Part shown: piece by piece, positions 51,200 through 64,000 of the stretch
Layout of the letters: each line of letters begins with the position of its first letter
Position numbering within the stretch: the first letter of the stretch is position 1
Origin: Dipteris shenzhenensis
Taxonomy: Eukaryota
DNA: 64,000 bases
Reading direction: 5' to 3' (one strand)
NCBI GenBank assembly: GCA_047967505.1
Contig: CM106538.1
Position numbers and translations under genes: made by a program
Notes under the pieces: generated by a model
What the model was told of the DNA's origin: nothing
Database searches by the model: none
Seen by the model: the letters and a program-made list of their open reading frames with translations, nothing else

Positions 51200-54100
51200 T
51201 TGGGGAGGAGGACCCTAATCCTAATCTCTTTGTATAGGAACACACATGGGTGAAGAATTCCATAAAATAGCTCCCTTAAAAGATGGGTCCCAAAGGTCCT
51301 GGTGAGCAAAGAAGTAAGCTTATTAGGTTACATGTTTTCTTCCCTTACCTTGTCTGACCATGAACTTATCTCTCTAGCCTGTAACTTTTATCATAGGATA
51401 AAGAACTCCAGTTGGTTCAAAGCATACCCCAATTTTTTTTTGTCAAAATTGATGCAGAATCAAACTATTACCATGTGGATAGAGATTTTGCTAAACCCAT
51501 AGCAATTTTACATTCCTAGCTTATGGCAATTGAAAGCACTCAAAGGATTTTCAAGGAGGTAGGGGAAGCAAGGGAAAAAACTAGAGCACAAAGAATGGAC
51601 CTCATTCAAAAGACAATTAGCAATCTATAATGGTTGGCTAAGTAGGGGGACATCTATGCTTAGGAGGACATACTCAAGGAAAGAAGAGAACTCAGACCTC
51701 AAGAACAAATTAAATTAAATGAGACAAGAATTTACTTTAGGGAATGGTGGGTAGGGAAGATAGTCAAGCCAGATAAGGATACTTTCAACCTCATCATTAG
51801 AAGAAAAAGAGCTAATGAAGAAATTCCCCTCCTCAAGAATGCCACTTTTTTTTATAGTTTCGGAAGAGAGAATTTTCAGATTATATAGGACCACTATCAA
51901 GACTTGCTCTCCACTTCTATCATTCTAGATGAGGTAGTAAAGAGAGCAAGGTTAGATACAAGATAGAGAATTGTGCATAGCTTTTTAGAAACTCCTTTGA
52001 CACCAGGGGATCTCAAACATGATTGTAGATGGAAAGACACCAAGAGGGGATGGGCTATCTATTGAATTCTACAAGGCCTTATGGGATCTTGTAGGACCCT
52101 TTCTCCTCTTGTTATGGCAAGAGACAATCAATCTCTGCCCTTGCACATTAATAGTGGTATCATAAAGCTTGTCTGTAAAGAGAGGAGCAAGGAGGATATA
52201 AAAAACTGAGACCACTTACAGTGCTCAGATAAGCTATAAGATCTTTGCAAAGGTTTTAGCTCTCAAAGTGCAAAAGAGGATGAACTCATGGATCCTCCAA
52301 GAGTAGAAAGGATTCATCAAGGGTACACACTTTCTTAAAGCAATCATCAAGGGTACCACTTATTTGCAGAACAATAATCAATATGTAGGAGGAGTGTGAG
52401 TATGCAAAGGATACAAAGTAGTATATATGTGTCCTTAAGGTGGATTTTGATAAAGCCTATGATAGTCTAGAGTGGGACTTCCTCATCCAATCACTGCAGG
52501 ACATGGGGCTAGGTCCTCTTTTTGTAGGCCAAGTTAGGCTTCTCCTCACTGATGCCACATCTAAATTCTATATCAATCGACATGACCCAATCTTTTCTAA
52601 TCAAAAGGAGCTATTGAATTTCTTGGGTGGTTGCTCCACAAGCAAGTGGAGGAGGGGTTCATAAAGGGGATTGAACTCCCCTCAAGAAAATAGCTTCACA
52701 ACTAGGAATTTATAGATGCCATGGACCTCACACTTGAGAATGCCACTTAGGATATTCAAGGGGTGATTGATTGTTTAGAGGTTTTTTGCAATTCATGTGG
52801 GTTAGTCATCAATCATACCAAAACTAGGTATGCCACTCTATCTACAAAGGTTCAAGCTCTTCTTCACATTCTTGGTTGCCACAAGGTCAACAAAGGCACT
52901 GTGTTCAGACTCCTTGATATACCTCTAGGATTTGATATCACAATGAAGCAAAGGTGGGATTGGTTTTTGAGTAACCTAGTTGGAAGAAAAATGGTCCTAA
53001 ACCATTGGATCAACCCTATAGGCATCTTCTACCTCTCCTATTGGTCTCCCACTAAAGCTAGGCTTGACAGATTTATTAGAGTCTATAAATATTTTTTGTG
53101 GGGAGGTGACTCTATGATATCAAAGGCAATATGGGTCTTCTACACAAAATCTAAGGAAGAGGTGGCCAAGCTACAAAGAAGCTATCAGCTTCTTAGACCA
53201 TCAAAGCAATATTAAATCTTGAGAGAGTGGGCACAACTACTACTCAGGAATTTAGACCGAAACTAGACCTTAAGAGCCCCCAAATAGAGGAACCTTCTCC
53301 TCATTTCTACCTTATGGATCCCAAAATCTTGCAGAACAAAGGGAAGTCCCCGTGGCAATCTTGTGGAAGGTATTTTGAGGATATAAATTGCCAAATTGTA
53401 TTCTCATGCAATGGGGCATTCATGGCTCTTGACTCCACAAGGGTGTCAGTGATTTTCAAGGAAAAACCTCTCCAAGTTAGAGACTTGAGGCAAATTCTTT
53501 TCAAAAAGAGCTCTAGAGCTAGGGAGAGGATGATGAATATAAGGTGGAAAACTTGGCTAGAAATATGAGGGAAATTTTCATTCCCAAATTATTCTCATGT
53601 ATTGGTAATGGGGAAGATTGAAATATGGAAGGGTGAAACCCAGTGGAAAGGGAGCATAGCCTTCAACTACAAGATTGAATTTAGCTGGAGAGCCTCTAAT
53701 GTGGAAAGGAATTCTCCTTGATGATGCTTTTAAAGTCTAACAAGAAAGCTGAGTGCATATTAGATCACATGCACTATGGTATATATGGGATCCCTAGAAA
53801 CAATTTTCAATTCAACCATGTTGATTCTAACCCAAAAATGCTCTTCCCTTTTTGGTGGGATAGGAACAAGAGAGACTTAGTGAAGCTATCATGATTCACA
53901 TGCTCAATTGCAAACTAAGATAGATGACTTTACATGCAGAGGACAGAGTGGAGATCTTCCTCCACCCCTACCAACCCTTGAGGGTTTTCCTCCTACATCT
54001 ACTACTCCTATAGATCCTTCTTCAACACTAGCTACCACAAATATCATGGATGAATCTATTTGAAAGGATTGCTACTGGTTATAATTGGATGCTCATATAT

Positions 54101-54220
54101 TTTGAGTTATTTTATGATAAATATTTTGGCAACTTCAAGAGACCACCTTGTCTATGGTCTCTTGTGACTTCAAGGACGTGATCCCTTTCTTGTATTTACA
54201 GTATGTAGCAGTGGCCTATT
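51200..54220 (+). mobile_element. Decayed L1-like LINE (endonuclease relic, RT, C-terminal region), interrupted by copia A copy 2
   Basis: LSDH (~51350), DGLSIEFYKALWDLVGP (~52050), YKIFAKVLA (~52235), DFDKAYDSLEWDFL (52443), YKYFLWGG (~53085). The 3' end probably continues at 59748-59865. Confidence 0.8.
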
Positions 54221-57200
54221 TGTTAGATATCAATGCTCCACTCTCGTGTAACTACGCGGGAACTAGCTAACTCTACTTGTAAGCCCCCCATATGAGGAGA
54301 AGGCATTTGAGTAGCTCGGTTATCCGGTAGGTCCTACTTTGGACACCAAATGTGTGGCCTAATGGCTAGACGGCTTCAAATAGAGTTGGCACACTGCCAA
54401 CTAGGCTATATGCAAGTGCGGGAAGGCATCCCTTGACTGACTACACTGAGGGTAGATTGAGCATTTCCCGGGGTAGCCCACTCTCGGGTTGCGGGGCCCA
54501 TTTGGAGCCTCAGATGTTCCCAGATGGCTCTAGGCCGAACGGAGACTGTATGTTAGTTGCTCTGTTTTGCGCACCAGTTCTATCGTATGGTTAGTGGCCT
54601 GTACCCCCAGTCGACCATTTTGGAAGGATTGGGTCGGTCACCCAATTGAGCCTAACTGACTACGACTGGTGGCTATATAAGAGCAAGCCCATGAAGCTCA
54701 TTTCATCACTGGCTATAGCAACCCTAATTCCTTAGCATCCAGCCTCCATCTCCTACTATTTCTAGCATGCCATCGAAGCTTCTTTAACAAGCGCACGGTT
54801 GGGAGGCAGCGCCATCTATTGTATCAATTCTATAGTAATCAAATTTTTTGATTCTCCATACTATCTTGTTTTCTCTCTCTTGCGTAGAGATCCTATTATC
54901 TGTTCAGCACAGACGTTGTATTATTTCTTACATGGTATCAAAGCCTGGACTCTAGCAAGAAGATTTAGTGGTGTGTTTTCTGTTTGCGAGAAGATTGTGA
55001 GAGATGGCCCAGCCCACAAGATTGCGAATCCCACCGTTCGGCGAAAGCGGAAAGTTAGATGGCTCTAACTATCCACTCTGGAAGTTCAAGATGAAGACCA
55101 TCCTAAGCGCATACGAGCTTTGGGACACTGCTACTGGGGTGGACGTGAGGCCAGTTGCGAGACCGGATCCAGCCAATGCAGGACAACAGATAGTACCAAC
55201 AGCAGATGAGATTCTTGCATGGACAAGAACAAATGCAGATGCGATGTGTTCTATTCTCTGCAGTGTTAGTGATTCCATCATGGCATCAATTCAGCATGTC
55301 ACCATAGCGGAGGATGCATGGACGGTCTTGAAAAATCAGTATGAGACCATGAATCGGACACGGATTCAGAATCTGGAGACTTAACTCGCAAACGAGAAGT
55401 TGTCTGAGTCTGAAGCGGCAGAGAAGTTCATCACAAAGGTGAAGAATCTATGCGATCAGATGACTGCGATTGGCATCACCATCACCAGCGAGAATTTAGC
55501 ACGAAGGTACATACGGATTCTCCCACCAAAGTACGACGGCCTTGTTACGATGCTGAATACGCAGAATAGAAATCCGTCCCTCAACTTGAGGATTTCAGCA
55601 TGATGCTTCTAGAGGAGGAGATGCATCAAAAGACGAGGACTGGAGAAGATTCGGCTTTCTGGACTAGATCAAAGAAAGGTAAGGGTAAGGACTTTGATAA
55701 CCCATCTTCTTCTAATGATAAAAAGAGAAAGAAGAAGATCAAGTGCTTCTATTGCAACAAGGCAGGGCACAAGCAGAATGAGTGCCGAAAGAAGATTGCA
55801 GATGAGAAGAACGAAGTAAAGAAAGAGTCCAGCAATAGCACGCAGGCAGTACCAGTACAGCTGTTCATCGCAATTGAGATTTGCACGAAGGCAGTTCATG
55901 TACCTGCGGATGATCCGTGGATCATTAACAGTGGTGCATCACGCCACATGACCAGTCGAAAGGATTGGTATACCTCTCTATAGCCGGTAGGGAATGACAT
56001 CCTGGTAGCAGTCGACAATGATGCAAAATGACTAGCAAAAGAAAAAGGTACGATTGCTCTCAAGTCAGATGGAGTTGTAAAACAGTTGTCCGATGTTCTT
56101 TATGTGCCAGATATCAAGAGGAGCTTGTTGTCCATTTCCGCAATCATGGATCGGGACCTCAAAGTTCAATTTGATAAGAATGGTGAACAGATTCTAGATC
56201 TTCAAGGGAAGGTCATTGGTAAAGGGACACGGTGCAACAACATTTACGAACTCTCAGCTTTCAGTTCTCGAGCGGATGTGAAGAACACTAAGCTGTGGCA
56301 TGAGAGGTTTGGTCATCTAAACCTTAATTCTTTGAAGGAGATGCATAAACGTGGAATGATTGTAGACCTACCAAAAATTTGATATCTGCCCGATGTATGT
56401 GAAGCTTGCATGATGGGCAAGCAGCATCGGCATCCCTTTCCTAAAGAGGCCAGCAGGGCAAAGGCTCTTTTAGAGCTCGTTCACACAGACCTCTGCAAAA
56501 AGATGGAGATAGAAGCTTTGGGTGGTTCCTACTACTTCATGACGCTGATCGACGACTACAGTAGAAGGATATGGATATACTTCCTGAAGACTAAAGACGA
56601 GGCTTTTAGCAGGTTCAAGGAATGGCATGTAATGGTCGAGAAAGAAACGGGGAGGAAGGTGAAGAAGTTGAGATCAGACAGAGGTGGAGAGTTCACATCA
56701 ACTAAATTCGAAAGTTACTACAAAAGTCACGGAATTAAGAGGCAGAAACCCCTACCACATACATCACAGCAAAATGGAGTAGCATAACGCAAGATGCACG
56801 TCATCTGCGAAATGGGCCGGAGTATGATGAAAGGAAAAGATTTGCCAAAGACTTTCTGGGCTGAAGCATGTAACACTGCAATTTACATCCTGAATCGTAG
56901 CTGCACGAAATCTGTGAATGGAATGACTCCACTGCAAGCCTTTTCTGGTAGGAAAACTTCAGCTGCACATTTTAGAGTTTTTGGATGTGACTGTTTTGTG
57001 CATGTCCCTGATGCTACTAGGACCAAATGGGAACCAAAGAGCCGGAAGTGTATTTTCTTGGGCTACAGTGAAGACTACAGTGAAGAGGCGAAGGGCTACC
57101 ATCTCTATAATCCTATTACCAAGAAGGTAATTGTAAGTCACGATGTCGTCTTCTCAGAATAGCCGCATCAATTGGAGGAGGATGCTTCCTTCCCAGACAA

Positions 57201-59742
57201 CCAGGACCAGGATATCCATCTAGTACTGCCACCAGTAGCAGACCGAACTCCCCCAACGGTGCTTGGGAGGATTCAAGACAAAGAAGATGAAGAAGAGCCT
57301 GCAGAACCACAACGGCAATGGCCATTCCCAAAGTGGGTAAAGCAGCTTTTGGACAATAGAGAACCTCCATCCATTGAGGAGGAACCATCCGAACACCGCC
57401 GGTCCAAGAGATTAGAGGAGCAAAGAAGGGCGCAGGAACACTTGGTCAACTATGCTTTGATGACAGAAGTGATCCATGCTGATGAACCCAAGTGTCTTGA
57501 AGAGGCATAAGGCGATGATAGGTGGATGGAGGCTATGCAGTCGGAGTATGGCTCCATAATGAAGAACAACACTTGGGATCTTGTGGATCGACCACCAAAA
57601 CGCATGGTAATCGGAAGCAAGTGGTTGTACAAGACCAAGTACAAGTCCGACGGCACGTTGCATAAGTACAAGGCTCCGCTGCTGGCAAAAGGATTTGCAC
57701 AAGTACATGGTTTTGATTATCAAGATACTTTTGCTCCCATAGCTCGACTAACCACAATTCGCAGTGTTTTGGCTTTAGCTGCCGAGGGAAGTTGGCCCGT
57801 GTTTCAGATGGATATGAAATCCGCCTTTCTGAATGGAGATCTCAAGGAGGAGGTATACGTGGAACAACCACCAGGTTTTGAGATCCCCGATTCAGAAGGT
57901 AAAGTCTACAAACTAAAGAAGGCACTTTACGGGCTGAAATAAGCCCCACGAGCATGGTACCAGTGAAATGATGCCTACTTTTTGCAAAACGGGTTCAGGA
58001 GGAGCCATCTGATGCAAATTTGTATATCTTCAGAGAAGGAGGCAGGTGTATGATCGTGGTCCTTTATGTGGACGACCTTGTCATAACAGGGAACCATGAA
58101 GAGAAGATCTCACAGATGAAGCATTTGCTAGGAAGAGAGTTTGAAATGACAGACCTCGGACTGATGCATTTCCGTTTGGGGATTGAAGTTTGGCAGGAGC
58201 CAAAACAGATGTTCATTTCACAGCTGAAGTATGCTGGAGAGATACTGAAGGCATTTGGCATGGCTGAGTGTAAGACAGTTGGTACCCCTATGGAGGTTGA
58301 CGCGAAGCTCTCAAACGAGGATTCATCACCACTGGTGGACGAAGCAAAGTACAGAAGGCTTGTGGGCAGCTTGATTTACCTGTGCAACACACGGCCGGAC
58401 ATTAGTTTTGCGACTGGTGTACTAAGCAGGTTTTCCAATAAGCCCCGGGAGAACCATTAGAGGGCAGGGATGCGGGTGCTGAAATACATCAAAGGCACAC
58501 TTGATTATGGCATCACCTATATCAAGGGCAACATCTTGACCAGATCTGTGACTCAGATTGCGCAGGAGATGTGGACAATAGGAGATCAGTGACAGGGTTC
58601 TGTTTCTCACTTGGATCTAGAGTTGTGTCATTGGGTTAGCAAGAAGCAACCCACAGTTGCTGTTTCTTCTACCGAGGCTGAGTACAAATCTGCATGCTTT
58701 GCTTCTTGCAAGGCAGTGTGGTTGAGGAGGATTTTGGGGGACATGTGTGCAGTGTAGAACAAGCCTACGCAGTTATCATGTGACAATCATAGTTGCATGG
58801 CGATTGCAAAGAACCCAATGTTCCACGCTCGCACAAAACACATTGAGATTCAATATCATTTTGTATGCAAGGTCATCATGGATGGAGAGGTCAACTTGGT
58901 GTACTGTCCGACTACAGAGAATGCTGCGGACATCTTCACAAAGGCTCTTGGAAGAGACTTGCTGGAGAGGCATCTTCATCGACTTGGGCTGAAAAAGTAA
59001 GTTCACTTGCGGGTAGACATTGAGGCGGCTTATTAGATATCAATGCTCCACTCTCGTGTGACTACGCGGGAACCAGCTAACTCTACTTGTAAGCCCCCCA
59101 TATGAGGAGAAGGCATTTGAGTAGCTTGCTTATCCGGTAGGTCCTGGTTTGGACACTAGATGGGGGCCATGTGTGGCCTGATGGCTGGACGGCTTCAGAT
59201 AGAGTTGGCACACCGCCAACTAGGTGTGGGAAGGCATCCCTTGACTGACCGCACTGAGGGTAAATGGAGCATTTCCTCGGGTAGTCCACTCTCGGGTTGC
59301 AGGGCCTGTTTGGAGCCTCAGATGATCTCGGAGGGCCGAACGGTGATCGTAGGTCAGTTGCTCTGTTTTGCACACCGGTTCTATCGTATGGTCAATGGCC
59401 TATTTTGGGACCGACCCCCAGTTGACCGTTTTGGGCGGACTGGGTTGGTCACCCAATTGAGCCTAACCAACTACGACTGGTGGCTATATAAGAGGAAGCC
59501 CGTGAAGCCCATTTCATCACTGGCTACAGCAACCCTGATTCCTTAGCATCCAGCCTCCGTCTTCTACTATTTCCAGCATGCCATCGAAGCTTCTTTCATA
59601 GGAGCGCATGGTTGGGAGGCAGTGCCATCTATTGTATCAGTTCTACAGTAATCAAATTTTTTGATTCTCTATACTATCTTGTTTTCTCTCTTGTGTACGA
59701 GATCCTATTATCTATTGAGCATAGATGTATTATTTTCTTACA
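54221..59742 (+). mobile_element. Full-length Ty1/copia LTR retrotransposon, family A copy 2 (defective)
   Basis: LTRs 54221-54932 and 59031-59742 (the 3' LTR starts TA, mutated from TG); TSD CTATT at 54216-54220 and 59743-59747; PBS TGGTATCAAAGCC; same domain order and high identity to copy 1. Confidence 0.97.
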
Positions 59743-60018
59743 CTATTTACCTTTTTGGTATAGCTAATCTTATTTTGAAAAGACTTCACCTATGGATATC
59801 TAGATTTCCAATGTAATATCTTCTTTGATATAATATCAATAATATTTTTTTTTGCTTGAAAAGAACACCATGCCATGTGTTAAAAAATTAGCCACTTTGA
59901 GAACCTTAGAAACAAGGTTTTGAGAAACTTATCAAAGGAACCCTGCAAGGAAGAATTGTTGCAAATCATTATCGTTGAGAGGAGACAGAATGCCACCACT
60001 GATTATAGTAGAAGCCTA

Positions 60019-60933
60019 TTAGGGGAAATATGGGCTCAAAAAGGGCCTCATAAGGGAGAGATTAAGAAAAAGATTAACTCCTTAATCTCTAGGTGAAAAG
60101 GTCGTGGACCACTTATGGTAAAGGGGGAATTTGATATGTCATCATGGCATTGAAGATGGTTCCAGTTCTCCATCATTGATCTCGATCCTCATCTAGTGGC
60201 TCACATGTGACACCATCATCGTTGATCTCAATCCTCATCTAGTGGCTCACATGCGATACCTTTTTTGGAGCGTTGATCCTATTTTGATCCAATGGATCAC
60301 CATAGACAATGGGCTACAAGTGTGGACTATAGATCTTTTCATGATCCAAGGGCTTGCACGTAACACCTTTTTTGGACCATTGGATCCATACTCCCATCCA
60401 AGGGCACACGTAGCACGCCAATTGTGGATGGTTGGATCCAAGGTTTCATCCAAGGGCTCCATCAATCTATGAAAATGCCATTATTATGGGCGACCACACT
60501 CCCTGCCATGCTATGAGTACATGCTCCCGCACACTGCCACGTGCCCACAAGCACCAATCTGTCACCGCGACAGTCTTTCTATGCCGTTGGATCAAGCCAT
60601 GATCCAACATCCATGATACAATGATGTATCACTTTAGTCTTATCCATTACATCATTCACGATCCAATGGATGTGAGTGAATAGATGAAAGGGCATGCCAA
60701 TCATTAGATCAAGCATGATCCAACCATCACTATAAAACCACGATTTTCCCTAAAGTCTTGACTTTGGTAATCCTAGTAGTAACTTGGGCTAGGGACCATT
60801 TAGTCCCACCAATGAGAAAGAGGGAAGAAACCTCCATTTTTTAATGCTTGAGCCTCCTCATTGGCCAAGAGCTTAATCCATATTTTTAAGCCCCTAATGG
60901 AAGAGGCCCTTTTTGAGTCCAAAATTCCCCTAA
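60019..60933. mobile_element. MITE-like non-autonomous TIR element (~915 bp)
   Basis: Left end TTAGGGGAAATATGGGCTCAAAAAGGGCCTC is the near-perfect reverse complement of right end GAGGCCCTTTTTGAGTCCAAAATTCCCCTAA (3 mismatches in 31). The interior is non-coding, with GATC-rich mini-palindromes. Confidence 0.75.
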
Positions 60934-62111
60934 CTAGTAATTCTTGTATGTTAGTTGCTTCCATGAAGCAAGAACATGAGAAAGTAAAACGACTACATCA
61001 GAGGGTTTCATGGCTTTCCAAGGGAACAAATTGTGATGGAATATTTGCAAAATAGAACCTGAGCTTCAAGTGCCACTTAGAAAACTACACCTAAGAATTC
61101 ATAAACCTCATCAACATAGGGCACAAGAATCCTGTGTAGAAGGCAGGATCTCCTACACAAATTCAATTGGCAAGAAAGACCTCTAAAAATGGCTATGGTT
61201 AACAAGAGCCTCTGCTCCAACTCAATAGTATTCACACCTTATGATAAGTGATGGCAATAAGAGATAATCCTCATTTTTCATCAAGAGATAATCCTCAAAA
61301 AGCTAGCTACAAACATTGCTAAGTACAACTGAGGATCTTGGAAACAAGCAGCAAAACAAAGAGGGCCTCTTGGGGTAAGCCGCCTAACTATGAAAAGAAT
61401 CCTAGCAATGCCAACAATGTATATAACTTCCTCTAGAAAATCCTTGTAGGAGAGAAATGTTGAGTCATACAATAACCTTGGGAGTGCAGTGTGAGACTAA
61501 TCATCAGCAAAATAATTCCGTGAAAATATGACTTTTGTAAACTATTGAAGAAAAAGATTAAAACCTCCTAAAATCCATAGAAACAACTCCCTAGCAACTA
61601 ATTGGAGTACCATTTGCACAAAAAAATGGCCTTAGAAAACCTCCTTAGAACATCTAACTATGGCTTGTTGAAAAAAGAGCCAAAAACTAATGCAACTATT
61701 AGAAGCCTTCTCTAGAAACAAAAAAACAAGATCCCAAACACATAGGGCCATGGAAGTGTATACACGGGGTGATGTTGCAACTAATAAAATCTTCATATGG
61801 CCCTTTAGCAAATAAAACTCCTAGTATCAACACTAGAATCTGTCACAACACAAGGCTATGTAAAACACCATTCCTCATCACTTTCTAAGGTTACATGGGC
61901 TGGTGTATCTTTAGAGAAAAATATAGGCTAATATATTAAGCAACTCTAAAACATGGATGGTAGCAAGGCCATGAGCATCACTAAAATGACCACCACTAGC
62001 TAGAGAAGAGGAAGCTACCAATGGCAAGATTAAAGAAGAGAGATACGAGCCTTTTTCTAATACCATGTTGAAGTCTAGAACGCAGAGAGTGCTCAAGGAG
62101 AAGATGCCCAC

Positions 62112-62270
62112 AAAAGGGAGAGAAGAGATCAAAATGGAGGATAGGATTCAACATATAAGATTGTATTGGCTATCACCTTCACCAAATGGAAGGCTAGAAT
62201 GATCCACCGCATAAAAGGGAGTGACCACCAGTTAAATAGGAAACCTAGTCCTCATCTCCTAATCCAAATG
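62112..62270 (-). repeat. Dispersed repeat, probably a LINE 3' fragment; second copy at ~50848-51007
   Basis: taagattgtattggctatcaccttca...aaatggaaggcta..atgatccac...ttaaataggaaacc...ctaatccaaat is shared by both loci. Confidence 0.6.
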
Positions 62271-63314
62271 GAGGATAGGATTCAACACATAATGTTGGCT
62301 TCCCATCTGTGACGTCGTGGAGCTACATAGAACTTGGGATGGGTTCTGAGACATGGAGGTGCATGCAGGTACTCTTTCAAGAAGATTACATCAAAGAGCT
62401 TGGGATGGTGCCAATCAGGTTGTGGATCCAACTTGCTTATCCAATCTTCACTAATTTGACACTGACGAAGGTTGGTAGGGAAGTTGTCCAGGGTCCATCC
62501 ACTCGAGTTTTCATATCAGGATATTTTCTCCAAAATTCCTTGATGGGGTTACTGGGAAGTGGTATCTCATCAAAATCATACCCATCAGTGGAATTTGGCA
62601 TGGGAGTATGAATTGGATTATCCAGATGCTGATATTCAAAATCAAATATTATGTCATTTTCTGCCGATGGTAACACAAGTAGTGTCAGAGGTGATGACGA
62701 GGTAGGGAGAGAATCTAGGGACATGGGGGAGAAATATGAAAGAGTATTAGTTGTGGAAGGGGGAGCAGAGGGGAGGGGGGGAAGAACTGGGCAAATGGTT
62801 TGAGCAGCTTTGTAATCCTCGAGGGTAGGATTAGCAAGGGAAGGGAAGAAGCTAGGTGTGAGGGGCACGTTTGAGCTTTCCTCTTTGAGTCTTTCATGCT
62901 TGAGAATCGTTTCTTTATGCTTCTCTTCCTTTGAGTATTCCCTCTCTCTTTGAGCTACTAGATCTAAAACTTAATAGGACAGTGTCCTTAAAAGCTTAGG
63001 TCTTAGAAAACTAGTTTAAAAAATGCTATCAAAATACTTTCCTTTTATAAAAGTACTTTTCTTTTTAATTTTAAAAGAAAGTACTTTGATATTAGATTTA
63101 CTTTTCTTAGGTATGAGCTTTCGAATGCTCAGTCCTATGACTGCACATTTATTTTATGAGAATCCAAGTTGAGCTCCTTTTCTTCACTAGATTCGTAGAT
63201 CAATTTTGCTAGCCATTCCTTTTTGAAGGATTTTTTTTGTATCTCCTCCTCTAAGGTTCTAGCTCTAACTAGAAGGTAAGCAAAGACTCTCTAAAATCAT
63301 TGAAAAAAAAGTAT

Positions 63315-63983
63315 CCTATTTTGCCTTGGCTAAATGGCATAGCACTATCCCCACCTCACATCGTATTTTAGAGAAAGGACCTACTTACTATCTCAAGTGG
63401 GAACACTCATAAAAGAATCCCTCAATCCCTATAGTATAAAGTATAAACAAGAGATGACCAACTTTAACACTGTGACTCATTGAAATTACAAACAAAAGAA
63501 GACCAACTTTAACTAAAAGGACTACACCAAGATTGAAATCTCCCTAACTTGACTTAAATTGGTTAACTCACTAGGGCTTAATATACAAAGACGGGTTTGG
63601 TTGGTTGGTATACTTAACTCGACCTAATCTAGTTAAGTTAACCAACACAACCAACCTCTCTTGGGTGGGTGGTTTTGCTAACCCAACCTCTCTTGGGTGG
63701 GTGGTTGGCTTGGCATGACTAGCTACAAGCAAGCTAGCAAAAGCTAATTGACCCTTTGACCAGGCCTTCACTAGGCCTTAAATAGGCCCTATAACTAGCC
63801 CTTTACTTAGTCCATAACCAACCTATTTTGCCTTGGCTAGATGCCCTAGAACTACCCCCACCTAACACCTTTACAAGAAGAACCTACTTACTATTGCAGG
63901 CAGGCATGGTGCACCTTTACTCAGCCCATAACTAGGCTATAGTATAGATAGGAGATGACCAAATTTAACACTATGCTCATTGA
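63315..63983. repeat. Diverged ~170-bp direct repeats (63315-63483 and 63822-63983)
   Basis: cctattttgccttggcta...cctacttacta...gagatgaccaa.tttaacact..g.ctcattga occurs twice. Confidence 0.75.
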
Positions 63984-64000
63984 GAGTACTGACCAAATTA

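Overview
AT-rich, microsatellite-rich, repeat-dense eukaryotic DNA from a land plant. A fern or other seed-free plant is my guess from composition and TE content; I cannot prove it. The first 15 kb hold two apparently intact host genes in convergent orientation. One is a multi-exon At4g04980/CHUP1-like coiled-coil gene (+, ~2.3-10.4 kb) with one GC-AG intron. The other is an intronless AP2/ERF group I (DREB A-6) transcription factor (-, 12961-14226) with a 22-bp minisatellite in its probable 5' UTR and clustered ABRE/G-boxes. The rest is a nested transposon field: a TSD-flanked truncated LINE, a chromovirus Ty3/gypsy relic, a decayed Penelope-like retroelement (PLE) bounded by direct repeats, two full-length copies of one Ty1/copia family that share the same inactivating lesions, two tail-to-tail copies of a second copia family, L1-like relics and a MITE-like element. 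The most unusual signal is a decayed, spliced gene at ~29.2-32.9 kb. It appears to fuse a ParB/Srx-like domain (VWEGNHR) to a prokaryote-type beta-class N4C/N6A DNA methyltransferase (WRGxxEK...VVDLGAGTGS...IEND) and sits among other unexplained gene relics, so it is a candidate mobile DNA-modification module. All assignments come from reading motifs by eye; no searches were run.
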